Shown: piece after piece, positions 37,651 to 48,400 of the stretch | Numbering within the stretch: position 1 is the stretch's first letter | How the letters are laid out: each line of letters opens with the position of its first letter | From: a virus | Lineage: Duplodnaviria > Caudoviricetes | Virus record (IMG/VR): IMGVR_UViG_3300016725_000002 | Location: 64,001-128,000 of that record | Direction: 5' to 3' (one strand) | Length of the DNA stretch: 64,000 nucleotides | The notes under the pieces: model-generated | Told to the model about the DNA's origin: nothing | What the model saw: the letters and a program-made list of their open reading frames with translations, nothing else | Database searches by the model: none | Program-made: the position numbers and the translations under genes

Positions 37651-39396
37651 CTACATTTTAATGAGGTTTGGTTTAATGTTATTAGCAAATTTTAGTATCT
37701 GACGTACATCATTAGGAGTAACTTTAACATTAGGCGGCATATTACGTTGAATATAATCTTTTAATAGACTTGTATCTGTTATAGTTGCAATATCCTTAGC
37801 TCTCTGAACATTAGTCTGTAATTTACCAATATCAGCCTTTTTTACAGAACCATACATGCCGCTTCCTTCGCCATCATCTTCTTTTGGTGGAGGCGAGATT
37901 TTTGCAATATTATCATTCCATTCTTTTATCTTTTTTCTATATTCTAAGTCTTGATTAATTGAATCAAGTAGTACATTCATATTTACACCAGCATATTGTG
38001 CAATTATACCTAATGGTAAATTCAATCCAAGTTCTTTAGCTTGTGTAGCTAAGTTAAGAGCGTTACTATCACCACGACTTTCTAATTCTTTACTCCATTT
38101 TAACTCAGGAATTTGATATATAGCAGCTTCTGCTAAGTTTCTACTACCTGTAATAATTGCACGCTGCACAGTTTTTTCATCTCTTGCAGCATGATTACTA
38201 GTTGTATCATATCTAACATTATGGTTTAATTCAGCTTTAGTACGTCTACGAAACTTATGATATTTAGCAAGAAGCAAAAATACTTTATCATATAAAACAG
38301 CTCTAGTTAATGTATCACGAAAATTCTTTAGATTCTCCATAAACATTGTCATTGAGTTATCTTGGTTTGCATAGTTTGTATCTGCACCCCAAGATTCACT
38401 CAAACCTAAAGCACGAAGTTTAATTTGGGTGAATCCATCACGTTCATTACTTACTGACCAAAAATCAGAACCACTTCTAACTTCATTTGTACTAACATCA
38501 GGTCGTGTTACGACAATAGCACCTTGTGGGTCTCTATCTGCATTTGAAAACATAGAGGCAACGGCTTGATATTGGTCATCTGTAGGTTCCCAAGTATCTG
38601 AACCGATTGTAACGTGTAAAATACCACGTTGTCTACGCATACTGGCAAGTAATGTACCACGGGTTAAGGCTTTTTCCATAATCCAAATAGGTAATACACG
38701 AGTAAGATAACTAAAAGTTTGTATACCGGGTAAATTAGAACGATTCAACACAATAGTAGTTAATTGATCTAGAGGTATTGTTCCCTTCTTTAATTTTTCC
38801 ATTAAATCGGGACTAATTTCTTTCATTGCTTCCTTATCTCGTTCATCTTTAGATGAAAGAAATGCTTTCATCTCTGGAGAAACTTTTAAATCAACTTTAG
38901 GATCATAACCAATCATAGGAATAGGAGTTATATCACAAGTATCGGGATTATATACAATACAGTCTGAAAAGATACCACGAGTTTTATCAAAAACAAGTGA
39001 ACCAATTGATACACCTAATACTAAATAACAAGTGCTAAGATACGTCATTAAACGTACAAGATTTAATTCACTTAAACAATCTTCATATAATTTTTGTACT
39101 GGTTGATCTTTAATACCAATTAAAGAATAACTACTCCAAGGAAGACTAGATAATTGGTCAATGGCTGGGCCACTAACAGAATCCATCATATAAATTTCAC
39201 GATACATTTTATATAATGTATTTTTATCCTTTAAATTGACAAAACCTTCTAATAATGAATAGGATAAATCAGATTGTATTACTGTCCCACCTGCCCCGAA
39301 TCCAGCAGAAGAAGGACTTGATGATAGAGAGCTGCCCGTCATAGAGATTTTGCTCGATACCGAGCCAAGTATTGCCTGTTTATTCAGTGAAAACAT
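37651..39396 (-). CDS. Portal protein
   Basis: 581 aa; YREIYMMDSVSGPAIDQLSSLPWS, KLRALGLSE, NYAN...FMENL..FRD.LT pattern of portal proteins. Confidence 0.75.
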   Translation of the reverse strand: MFSLNKQAILGSVSSKISMTGSSLSSSPSSAGFGAGGTVIQSDLSYSLLEGFVNLKDKNTLYKMYREIYMMDSVSGPAIDQLSSLPWSSYSLIGIKDQPVQKLYEDCLSELNLVRLMTYLSTCYLVLGVSIGSLVFDKTRGIFSDCIVYNPDTCDITPIPMIGYDPKVDLKVSPEMKAFLSSKDERDKEAMKEISPDLMEKLKKGTIPLDQLTTIVLNRSNLPGIQTFSYLTRVLPIWIMEKALTRGTLLASMRRQRGILHVTIGSDTWEPTDDQYQAVASMFSNADRDPQGAIVVTRPDVSTNEVRSGSDFWSVSNERDGFTQIKLRALGLSESWGADTNYANQDNSMTMFMENLKNFRDTLTRAVLYDKVFLLLAKYHKFRRRTKAELNHNVRYDTTSNHAARDEKTVQRAIITGSRNLAEAAIYQIPELKWSKELESRGDSNALNLATQAKELGLNLPLGIIAQYAGVNMNVLLDSINQDLEYRKKIKEWNDNIAKISPPPKEDDGEGSGMYGSVKKADIGKLQTNVQRAKDIATITDTSLLKDYIQRNMPPNVKVTPNDVRQILKFANNIKPNLIKM

Positions 39397-39407
39397 AACA
39401 GCTCCTC

Positions 39408-39713
39408 TTATAATTTAGCGACTATTGATTTTAAATATGCATCAAGATTATCATCATTTATACCTGTATCATATAATTTACCAATAAATTCATTAAATTT
39501 TTTATTACTTCTAAATAATCCCCAAAATACATCCCATCTACAGCGTTTAACTGAATCATTACCAATTTTTTGAGTAATATACTGTTTCTCAATATCTTTA
39601 TATGATGTAATACTTTTATTTTTAATTAATTTCTTTATATAATCTTTAATAAATTTTTCTAATTTATTATAATCATCTGTAGAAATCTTTTTAGAAATAA
39701 CAATATACTTCAT
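39408..39713 (-). CDS. Hypothetical protein with MKY leader
   Basis: 101 aa; RCRWDVFW...LYD.GINDDNLD. Confidence 0.6.
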   Translation of the reverse strand: MKYIVISKKISTDDYNKLEKFIKDYIKKLIKNKSITSYKDIEKQYITQKIGNDSVKRCRWDVFWGLFRSNKKFNEFIGKLYDTGINDDNLDAYLKSIVAKL

Positions 39714-40126
39714 TTTTCCTCCCGCGAAATTATATCTAAAGGTTCGGTAATTGGCATGTTTTTAACAGGTATATTTGTAAAGTATCGTAAATTAGCAGGA
39801 ATGGAATGAAATACCTTAATAGTTTTCTTATTATGTATTGAAATTATTCCATCGTGTTTAATCATAATTTCATTTAATGGAGAATCTTTAAAATATGTTA
39901 AAGTTCTAGTATTATATTTATCTAAATGAAATTCTACATAAACTTCATGTAAAAATAGAAAGCTTTTATGGTGTGATACACATAAAAAGTCTTTCCATAA
40001 CTCTATTTGTTTATAATCAAGAGGAAGAAAAAATATTGTATGTTTAGGCTTCACTTTAATATGAGGCCATCTATTGTTTAAAGTTAAAGTCCTCTTAGGT
40101 GTAAGCCTAAAAAATGACTGCTTCAT
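39710..40126 (-). CDS. Hypothetical protein
   Basis: 138-aa ORF with ATGA overlap to next gene. Confidence 0.55.
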   Translation of the reverse strand: MKQSFFRLTPKRTLTLNNRWPHIKVKPKHTIFFLPLDYKQIELWKDFLCVSHHKSFLFLHEVYVEFHLDKYNTRTLTYFKDSPLNEIMIKHDGIISIHNKKTIKVFHSIPANLRYFTNIPVKNMPITEPLDIISREEK

Positions 40127-40140
40127 AACTAAACTGCTGT

Positions 40141-42759
40141 TTAAGCAACCGGACGTAATGGGTCGATTCGATAAGCTTGCACATGAGGATCATCAATGTA
40201 AAATACAGGAGTTGAACTATTAGAATCAGCTTGCGCTGTAGATTGATAGGATCCTGAATTAGAAGGAGAGGGAGAAGGATTATTTGGGGTAATTTGAGCA
40301 GTATTTAAATCTTGTTGTGCAGAAGTAGCTGCATTAGCGGCATTAGCTGCGGCAGTAGCAGTTTGAGATTGAACTGGGGGCGCTTCTTGTGCAAGTTGTG
40401 TATCCCCAGAAGTAGAATCCTTAGATAATGCTTGCTTTTCATTAGCAGATAAATAATCTGAACCTATACGCTTACCAGTTTGTTTATTCTGTTTATCTAA
40501 TTGCATTTGTTGTGTCTGCCTATCAGTTGCAGCAAAATGCCAACTTTCTCCATTCACAGTACGTTTTAAACCATATTTAGTACCTAATTCTTCCATACTT
40601 AATCCTTTAGCTTTAAGAGCAGCCTCAAGTTGTGGTACTTGTGACTCAGAAAAGTCAAAAGCTGTACCTGTACCATGATCTGAGCCACCGGGTGTAGCAG
40701 CACGACCTGGACCATATTTACGATAAGTATTAATTTGTTCATTATAATCACGATAACCTTCTGAAAAATTAGGTTTTATACCTGTAGTTTCATAAATTTG
40801 TTTAGACATTGCTGCCATACGAGTTGCAGTTTCTGGATCCATTCTACTTATATCTGCATTTCCTGCAAATTGCATTGAATCATATCCAGGTAAAGTTGTA
40901 ACATCAATTGTTCCATCTTTATTTAATTTTACACCAGAATCTTTTGCTAAAGTCATTAAGGGTTGATTAGTATTAGTAGTATTTACATTTTTTGATGATT
41001 TTTCACGCTCTAAATTCGCAAACGCGGTCATTCTTTCTGTTCCACGTTCACCTAATCTATTAACAACACCTGCAATTTCACCAGCAGATGAGGATTTAAA
41101 ACGTGAAACATTTCCTGCTGCTTTATTTTTACCTTCTGCATCATCACCGTATAATCTATTATCATAAACAGCATTTAGTAAATCCTCATTACTTACAGAA
41201 CCTTTTTCTTTTAAGACTTTATTATAAGCTTGATTAAATATTTCAGAAGAATTTCCACCGTGCTGTACACCAGTTGAATATAAAACTTGCTGAAGTGTAG
41301 AACTTTTATCAATCATACTGGCTAAATCTTTATTTGAATCTGCTATTTTATTATAATTGGGATTATAAAACTTTCCCTTTGCATAATTTTCTTCAAAATC
41401 TTTATGCTGTTGCTTAGTAGCTGCATCTGCATTTCTATAGAAATTTTCCCAAGCAGCTTTTCCTTCTTTAGTTCCTGTACCTGCGGCTTGCATTTTAGCT
41501 GCAAGCTCTTTACCACCTGCAATATCACTATTTTGAAGAGCTCTTAAATATTCTTGAATTGAACCCTGTTTATCCGAAAATTGAGTAAGACCATAGCTAT
41601 ACCCACCATTTTTATCTATAGATACATTACCTATATTTCCACCAGTTTCAAATTTTTGTGATAAAGCTGTTAATCCTGTATCTGTATTCGGTATTACTCC
41701 AGTACCACCACGTGATCTATTTATTGAGCCAGCATTTAATCCACCACCACCTGTTAATCCAGTACCACCCAATCCAGTACCTTGATAATTAGGATTAGAG
41801 CCATACCCAAAAAATCCTTTAATTTTATCCCAAGCATTACTAAACATTCCGCCATCTTCTTGTTTTACTTTTATATCTGCTTTATCAATAACAATAACCG
41901 GGGCAGAACCATCTACTCCCATTTTACTGAATTGTTTTGCTGTATCACTATCTTGTTCAAGAACTTTTTTACCAGATAAGTTAACATCAGCTATTTTAAT
42001 ATTACTAGAATTTTGACTACTAAATAATCCACCAACTTTACTACCTAACCAATCCCCAGCTACACTTCCTGCAATACCACCAATAGCAGTACCTGCACCG
42101 GGAACAACAGAACCAACTAAACTACCTAAGCCTCCACCTATTATGGAACCAATTGAGCCACCTATTGCGTTAGCATCACCAGAAGCAACGGACATGCCCA
42201 AATCTACAGCAGATAATGCTGCTCCTAATAGGGGAATCTTTTTTAAAGCCCCTTTACTTTTAGATAATATTCCACCCTTAGTTGAAGGTGATTCAATAGT
42301 TGTACCTTTAGGTTTATCACCAGATAATAAATCTGAAATAAAATTCTGTTTAGACTGTTTAGGTACATCTTGAATATTTGATTCTATTGAACCCTGTCTA
42401 TTATTAAACCAATTAGACGCTTTTGGAGATATTTTTGTAGCTTTATTATTTCTGGAATTTTTAAAATCTTTAAATGCATCAATAGCATCAAAAACTAATC
42501 CATTTCCTGAAGAAGAGGAAGAAGAACCACCAGTGTTAGTTTTAATAGGTTTACCTTTATATTTACCTGTAACAAATGCATTTGTTACATCTTTCAATTG
42601 AGTTAATATTTGATTATTTGAATCTTGAATACTTTGTATATCTTGTTTAACTTTATCAGAGGATTCTGTTACAGGAGGTCTGAAAGTAAAATTACTAAAT
42701 TCTGAAGAAGTAGATTTAGATGATAATTGGTTTAATGTAATTGGAGTAGCACCAGCCAT
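40141..42759 (-). CDS. Tape-measure-like/tail-associated protein with two peptidoglycan hydrolase domains
   Basis: Gly/Ala-rich hydrophobic segment (IPLLGAAL..GGSIGSIIGG..VVPGAGTAIGG); lysozyme-like LSQKFETGG..SYGLTQF..TGVQHG; M15/VanY-type EGYRDYNEQ..PGGSDHGTGTAFD..ESWHF. Confidence 0.75.
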   Translation of the reverse strand: MAGATPITLNQLSSKSTSSEFSNFTFRPPVTESSDKVKQDIQSIQDSNNQILTQLKDVTNAFVTGKYKGKPIKTNTGGSSSSSSGNGLVFDAIDAFKDFKNSRNNKATKISPKASNWFNNRQGSIESNIQDVPKQSKQNFISDLLSGDKPKGTTIESPSTKGGILSKSKGALKKIPLLGAALSAVDLGMSVASGDANAIGGSIGSIIGGGLGSLVGSVVPGAGTAIGGIAGSVAGDWLGSKVGGLFSSQNSSNIKIADVNLSGKKVLEQDSDTAKQFSKMGVDGSAPVIVIDKADIKVKQEDGGMFSNAWDKIKGFFGYGSNPNYQGTGLGGTGLTGGGGLNAGSINRSRGGTGVIPNTDTGLTALSQKFETGGNIGNVSIDKNGGYSYGLTQFSDKQGSIQEYLRALQNSDIAGGKELAAKMQAAGTGTKEGKAAWENFYRNADAATKQQHKDFEENYAKGKFYNPNYNKIADSNKDLASMIDKSSTLQQVLYSTGVQHGGNSSEIFNQAYNKVLKEKGSVSNEDLLNAVYDNRLYGDDAEGKNKAAGNVSRFKSSSAGEIAGVVNRLGERGTERMTAFANLEREKSSKNVNTTNTNQPLMTLAKDSGVKLNKDGTIDVTTLPGYDSMQFAGNADISRMDPETATRMAAMSKQIYETTGIKPNFSEGYRDYNEQINTYRKYGPGRAATPGGSDHGTGTAFDFSESQVPQLEAALKAKGLSMEELGTKYGLKRTVNGESWHFAATDRQTQQMQLDKQNKQTGKRIGSDYLSANEKQALSKDSTSGDTQLAQEAPPVQSQTATAAANAANAATSAQQDLNTAQITPNNPSPSPSNSGSYQSTAQADSNSSTPVFYIDDPHVQAYRIDPLRPVA

Positions 42760-42771
42760 ATTAGTACCTCA

Positions 42772-42969
42772 TTAAGTTACTCGTAATCCAAGCGGTGAAG
42801 ATGGTTTATTTGGCGTAGGTTTCTCTTTTAAGATTCTATAGTTATAACTAATTATAGACCAAGGAACTTTTCTTAATTCTTGGTCACTTCCAAAACCATT
42901 TATACTAAGGGAGTATACCATATTCAATATCGAGCGTAGATTCTCGAAAGGGTAGAAAAATGAGGCCAC
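42772..42969 (-). CDS. Short downstream partner of tail chaperone (+1 frame; possible frameshift extension or gp51-like gene)
   Basis: Overlaps upstream ORF by 65 nt; no convincing RBS; ELRKVPW motif. Confidence 0.5.
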   Translation of the reverse strand: MASFFYPFENLRSILNMVYSLSINGFGSDQELRKVPWSIISYNYRILKEKPTPNKPSSPLGLRVT

Positions 42970-44002
42970 CCCCTAAAACCTCTAAAGATATTTTATGTCC
43001 ACATTGATTTTGGCGTTCTTTAGCTAAACGTAATAGAGGAGGAAGTTCACCATTCCACTCAGATATTTGAGCTAATTTTTCTTTATTTTCCTGTTCTATT
43101 TTATCATCATCTTTTTCTTTAGGAAGGGATAATTTACAAGTAAAATTAATCTCTTTAATACCATAACGTAACATATCATATACTTTATTTATAATATTAT
43201 AATCTCTTTCATTTGAAATAGTATGTAGCTTATCATAAGCATATTCAAAGGGATGACTTATACAACTAGCTGCAAGAGTTGCTACTCTATCAGGAATTGG
43301 ACTTCCTGTTAAATCTAGTATATATTCATTGTCTTTCTTAGCAAAAAATAAGTCTTCTTCCATTAAGAAGATAACATCACCTATTGTATGTAAGCCAAAC
43401 TCAAATATTTCATCTGGATGTGACATAAATCTAACTTTAATTGGTAAATCTATTTCTAATTCATTTAATTCCACTTCACTTAATTTAAAAGAATGTGTCC
43501 CAACTTGTCCACACTTGTCACATCTATATGGAATAGCAAATTCTCTATCTCCACCTAAAGCTTCAAGTTTACGAACAAAGCAGGCACTAGTAAAATCATA
43601 ATAAGGAAGAAGTAAAATATTAGAAAGATTTTTACAACGTATACCTTTTAACATTAATTTATATCGTTGTGCTGGAAGTATATCAGCATTATTTAAATAT
43701 TCAAAATCACCATAATCATATCTTTTATATTCAACAGAATTATTACTATCATATACTTTATTATTTGAAGGCATACGTTCAATAGGAATCCAAAGTTCTT
43801 TATCTTTAACCATAGTCTTTTCTTCTAATTTTTGAAGATTTTTATTTGCTTGTAATACATCAAGTGCTTCACGAGTTTCATCCGTTAAGATTTTTGGTGG
43901 TTCTTCTTTTTCTTGTATTTTTATAGGCATGTTAGGTTGAATTGGTTTTTTAAATTTTCTGGGTGCTCTTTCATTAGAAACACCTAATTGAGTTGAGTTC
44001 AT
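42905..44002 (-). CDS. Tail/baseplate hub assembly chaperone (T4 gp26-like)
   Basis: MPSNNKVY, YRCDKCG and distal C...CGH Zn ligands; located between tube-like gene and tape measure. Confidence 0.6.
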   Translation of the reverse strand: MNSTQLGVSNERAPRKFKKPIQPNMPIKIQEKEEPPKILTDETREALDVLQANKNLQKLEEKTMVKDKELWIPIERMPSNNKVYDSNNSVEYKRYDYGDFEYLNNADILPAQRYKLMLKGIRCKNLSNILLLPYYDFTSACFVRKLEALGGDREFAIPYRCDKCGQVGTHSFKLSEVELNELEIDLPIKVRFMSHPDEIFEFGLHTIGDVIFLMEEDLFFAKKDNEYILDLTGSPIPDRVATLAASCISHPFEYAYDKLHTISNERDYNIINKVYDMLRYGIKEINFTCKLSLPKEKDDDKIEQENKEKLAQISEWNGELPPLLRLAKERQNQCGHKISLEVLGGGLIFLPFRESTLDIEYGILP

Positions 44003-44014
44003 TTCTTTTTCTCC

Positions 44015-44554
44015 TTAACTAAATATATCTTTTTCAAAAGCAGCTACACAAAATTCGTATTCATTAGATACAATATCACCACTACTATTTCTAGCCATTG
44101 CCATATTAAATGCAGGAAATACTTTATATATTCCGTATTTAATATTATCATTTTTACTATCATAATTTATTATACAACAAGAACAACAACAATCTTTTAA
44201 TGGTAAAACATAACCTATATCTGAATTAGTCATTGCATCTAACCAATCATTCATCCATTTGGATACTTGTAATTTATAATCATCTAATACTGTTACAGTA
44301 ATAGTACGGTATGAAGTACGAACTGGAATTGCAAAATTACCTATACTTCCACTAAAATCTTGTTTTTCAATAGAGTTTAAACCTATATTACAATCAGTGG
44401 CAGGAAACCAACTGCTGAATATAGGTGGGACAGTCATTTTTAAATATGATGATTCTGGTTGAGAGAAACAAATATTCCAAGTATAGGAACGAGCCCAATC
44501 ACCAACGGAACGTAATTCTTCTACAGATACAAATGTTTTTAAGTTACTTATCAT
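44015..44554 (-). CDS. Tail tube-like / tube initiator protein
   Basis: YTWNICF...ITVTVLDD...VSKWMNDW...VFP pattern of the gp19/gp54 fold. Confidence 0.6.
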   Translation of the reverse strand: MISNLKTFVSVEELRSVGDWARSYTWNICFSQPESSYLKMTVPPIFSSWFPATDCNIGLNSIEKQDFSGSIGNFAIPVRTSYRTITVTVLDDYKLQVSKWMNDWLDAMTNSDIGYVLPLKDCCCSCCIINYDSKNDNIKYGIYKVFPAFNMAMARNSSGDIVSNEYEFCVAAFEKDIFS

Positions 44555-45161
44555 ATATCACCTCTTCTAATGCAAAAATATTAGGATTAAGCTTACTATA
44601 TTTAGTATAATACTGAAGATATAAATTTCTTTTTCTATTAATACTTTTAGGTGTAACACTAAATTTTTTAAAAATAGGTAAAGATGTAACTTGATTAATA
44701 CAAGAATAATTTGAATTTAAACAATAAGGACGCTCTTTATAATAAAAAACATTTGAATATTTAGATATATAAAATTTTACAAATACATTATACATATTAA
44801 TCAAACCCATATTAACTAATATATGTGTTGGACATACTCTAGTAATTATATCATTAATACAATTAGTAACTTTTAAATATTCATCTAAATAATACTGAAA
44901 ATAACAGGTATGTTGTTCTTGTAAATTTGTGTAAAGCCCAAGTCTTGGTGTAGTATCTTCTTCTGACATAGGCATTATATAACAGTTAGAAACAAAATAA
45001 TAGGCCATTTCCTTACAATATTTTTTACTTAATTCTGCATGTTCAGCATTTCCACAGAGGGTGCTTAAATAAATATCACATCCGCATTTATCCAAAAATG
45101 TTTGTGCATTTAAGCATGCATCACCAAAGAAGGTTTCTAATACTAATAACTTGGGTTTCAT
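44544..45161 (-). CDS. Degenerate PIG-L/LmbE-like protein
   Basis: LLVLETFFGDACL aligns by eye with vsPHxDDaxL; YYKERPY and final E..Y typical; metal-binding His residues absent. Confidence 0.4.
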   Translation of the reverse strand: MKPKLLVLETFFGDACLNAQTFLDKCGCDIYLSTLCGNAEHAELSKKYCKEMAYYFVSNCYIMPMSEEDTTPRLGLYTNLQEQHTCYFQYYLDEYLKVTNCINDIITRVCPTHILVNMGLINMYNVFVKFYISKYSNVFYYKERPYCLNSNYSCINQVTSLPIFKKFSVTPKSINRKRNLYLQYYTKYSKLNPNIFALEEVIYDK

Positions 45162-45163
45162 GT

Positions 45164-45475
45164 TTACCCTGCGAAGATACTGCCCTCTCTGGCAGGAAGT
45201 TGTATTTCTTTAATTTGACGTGAAACTTGAATTTCATTACAAGCTTTAATTGGATATGGATATACTGCACGTTCATTTGTACAATATCTTGCTTTTCTGC
45301 TAGGAGATAAAGTTACTTCAATTAACTTTTGACCACATAAAGGACAAACTGTAGGAACATCATTTTCTAAATTAGGAATACCATCATATGTAGATACCGC
45401 TTCAAAAGCCTTAGCTTCTGAAACGCCCGCTTCTAGTAAAGCTTTTGTTAAGTATTCTTGCCGTTTATTTTGCAT
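45164..45475 (-). CDS. Small Zn-ribbon protein
   Basis: CPLCG...YCTNER; GGAGG RBS. Confidence 0.6.
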   Translation of the reverse strand: MQNKRQEYLTKALLEAGVSEAKAFEAVSTYDGIPNLENDVPTVCPLCGQKLIEVTLSPSRKARYCTNERAVYPYPIKACNEIQVSRQIKEIQLPAREGSIFAG

Positions 45476-45485
45476 AATTTCCTCC

Positions 45486-48400
45486 TTATGCTATACAACC
45501 AATACCTGAAATAATACGAGTACCAGAATCATTTTTGCCATTAGAACTGCCAGAGCTTATTACTCCAATAGTTCCAATTTTATCATTTAATTCAGAGTCA
45601 CTTGCATCTGTATCAAAAAATTCCGCATAATCTTCATCAATTAATATTGCATGCCCTAAACAAACAGAGCGAAGTATATCATCTGAAGTTTCATCACCTT
45701 TAGTAATAATTCTTCCATTATCTTTACTTGTAATAAGTTGAATAATTAAATGGGATACAGGCTTATCTTTAGTTAAGACAGCTAATTCTGTATCTAATGA
45801 TACAATATTTTTTATATCTTGTTCACATTTAGGTAATATAAAATTTTCACTCAATATATTAGTTTTTAAATCAGTAAAATCTTGCATATTTACAGAATAT
45901 TGTATTGTATCTATTCCAAAATCATCAAATATACGTTGACGTAAATCAATACTTTGCCATCTATCAAAGCAAACAAGTTGAATATTAAACGCCTCAATTA
46001 TTTTAGATATTACAGTTTCATAAATTTTGTTAAAAGAAAGGGCTATACCTTCTTCAGGTTGAATTTCAATTATACCAGAACATGCAGGAATTTTAATAAA
46101 TTCCTCTGTTTCTTCATTATATCTATTTATAAAATGTAATATAGAAATAGCAAAAGAGTTATCATTATATCCACAGTCAATTGCTAAACAACTTGGAATT
46201 TGATGTGGTCTAGTTTTTATAATTGGATATCTTAAATATGCACCTAAACTATCTTTATGTAACTTGTAATTTGCAACTTCCAATACATTACGTTTGTTAC
46301 TTAATACACTTATAATACTTGCAGGGCTACGAATATATAAATTTTCACCAAATGGAGGATTAGCACCAAAGTTAGCTTCTGCTGCTACCGCATCCTTAGC
46401 ATAATCATCCTTAAAGGAGGCTCGTGTAAAGTTAGGATTAAATTCCCAAGTTGGTAATTTAAATCCATACATAGAATCAATGACCTTACTTTGTTTATAT
46501 AATCTCATAATTTTATCTAATTTAGAACGAGGCGAACTAATATAAATAGCATGAGCATTAGGTACATCCGGATATAATTCTACTAACTTTTCACTTTCAT
46601 TTCTAACAGTTTTTAAACTATTCTCAAGAGCAATTGCTACTTCATCTGCATCTAGAGTAATACTTCCATCTTTACCTGTAAACCAACCAACTTCGTCCAT
46701 TGATTCAAAAATTCTAGTATTGTGTACTAATATGCTATTAGCTGCAAATAAATGTTCTGGTGAATCAACTTCTATATCATATACGGTTTTAAATCCAATA
46801 TTAACTTGCTTCGTACATTTTACAAAGATAATATTTTTATCAATATATTGTAAATATTGTTCGGGTACTTCAATATTATATAATTTATTTAATTCACTTT
46901 TTGTGTAAACATTAGTACCGGGAATAAGATACGCACTGCAATCTTCTTGTGAAAATTCAACAGGAGGAAATCCTAAATGCTTATTAAGAATATTAGCATC
47001 ATAATTAGTAACATAAATATGAGATTTAAATCTAAAGCAGTTGCAGAATTTTAATATGGCTTGTTGTAAAATAAAGGAACTATCCTTAAATTTATTTGGT
47101 GATACTCTACGTAATCTAATATATGACAGAATATTTTCTCTAGTTGATTTAAGAATATTCAGATTAAATTTTTCACTAAATCTTGTATCAAGTTGACACA
47201 TTACATATTTATCTAATATGTTTTCAGCTTCAATTAATCCTTCATTATAACATGGAATACGATGATCCGTTGTTACTTGTAACGTGATACCGTTGCCAAA
47301 ATAGCATTTAACTACTTCTTTCTTTAATTGTTGTTTTTCATAACCAGTTATTTTAAATTCATTACCTCTATCAATAACTTTACCATTTATAAGATGTTTA
47401 GCATCACTAGCATTTATACTACCTGTAGTAGTTGTAATTAATGTATTACCTGTAATACATCTACCTCTTAACTTACGTTTATCTGGGCCAGCAGGAACAA
47501 TACTAATACGTTTATTTGTATATACTGCGAAAGTATCTTTTAATTTTATTAATTCTGTACCTAAACGTATTCCTTCATCTCTTAAAAAGTTATTATACAT
47601 TGTAAACCAAGGTGAATTGGTTATATTTGCATAAAAATCTCGCCACAAGTTATCATATGCATCTTGAAAGCGCAAACCAACGAAAGTCATTGTAAAGGTA
47701 ACACTGTTTAACTGTTTCATAAATGTTACAGGATTTGGTAAACAAAGATATTGTTGCAGAATACATGCTGCTAAAATACCGTGGAAGATAGATTTTCCAC
47801 TATTACTACTTATAAATCCATTAGCAATAAACCTATGATACTTGGGTACAGTATAATCATAGACTGTTTGATTTTGTTCCTGTATGATCTTTGAAACTTT
47901 AACCCATTTTATACCAGTATAAGGCAAAGTAGAATAAATTTTAATACTATTAGGGGATAAAATATTAAATTCAATACCTAAATTAATTAGCATATAAGAA
48001 AGCATACGAATGAAATCTTCCGTATTTGATATAATACCATCTATATTTTCAAGGTTAGATAAATACTTAATTTGACATTCTTTAGAACTAGTAAGTATTG
48101 ATTCTAATGAAGATAAATCATCTATAGTACCAAATACATTAGTTCCCCATTCAATGGGAATTAAATCATTTACTTTGATATCTGATAAATTAACAAATTC
48201 ACATTTACTACCACTAATACATTTAATAGGGTGGTTAGGAGTACCACTAATTTTGTAGTTAAGCCCATCGGCATATATAGTAATTACTGGACTATTTTCA
48301 TATGTATAAAAATCACTTGGTTTTTCAAAATTTTCATATCTTACATGTTTACCTAAATCATCTGGAATATATAATAAATCTGAAATACAATTAGTTATAC

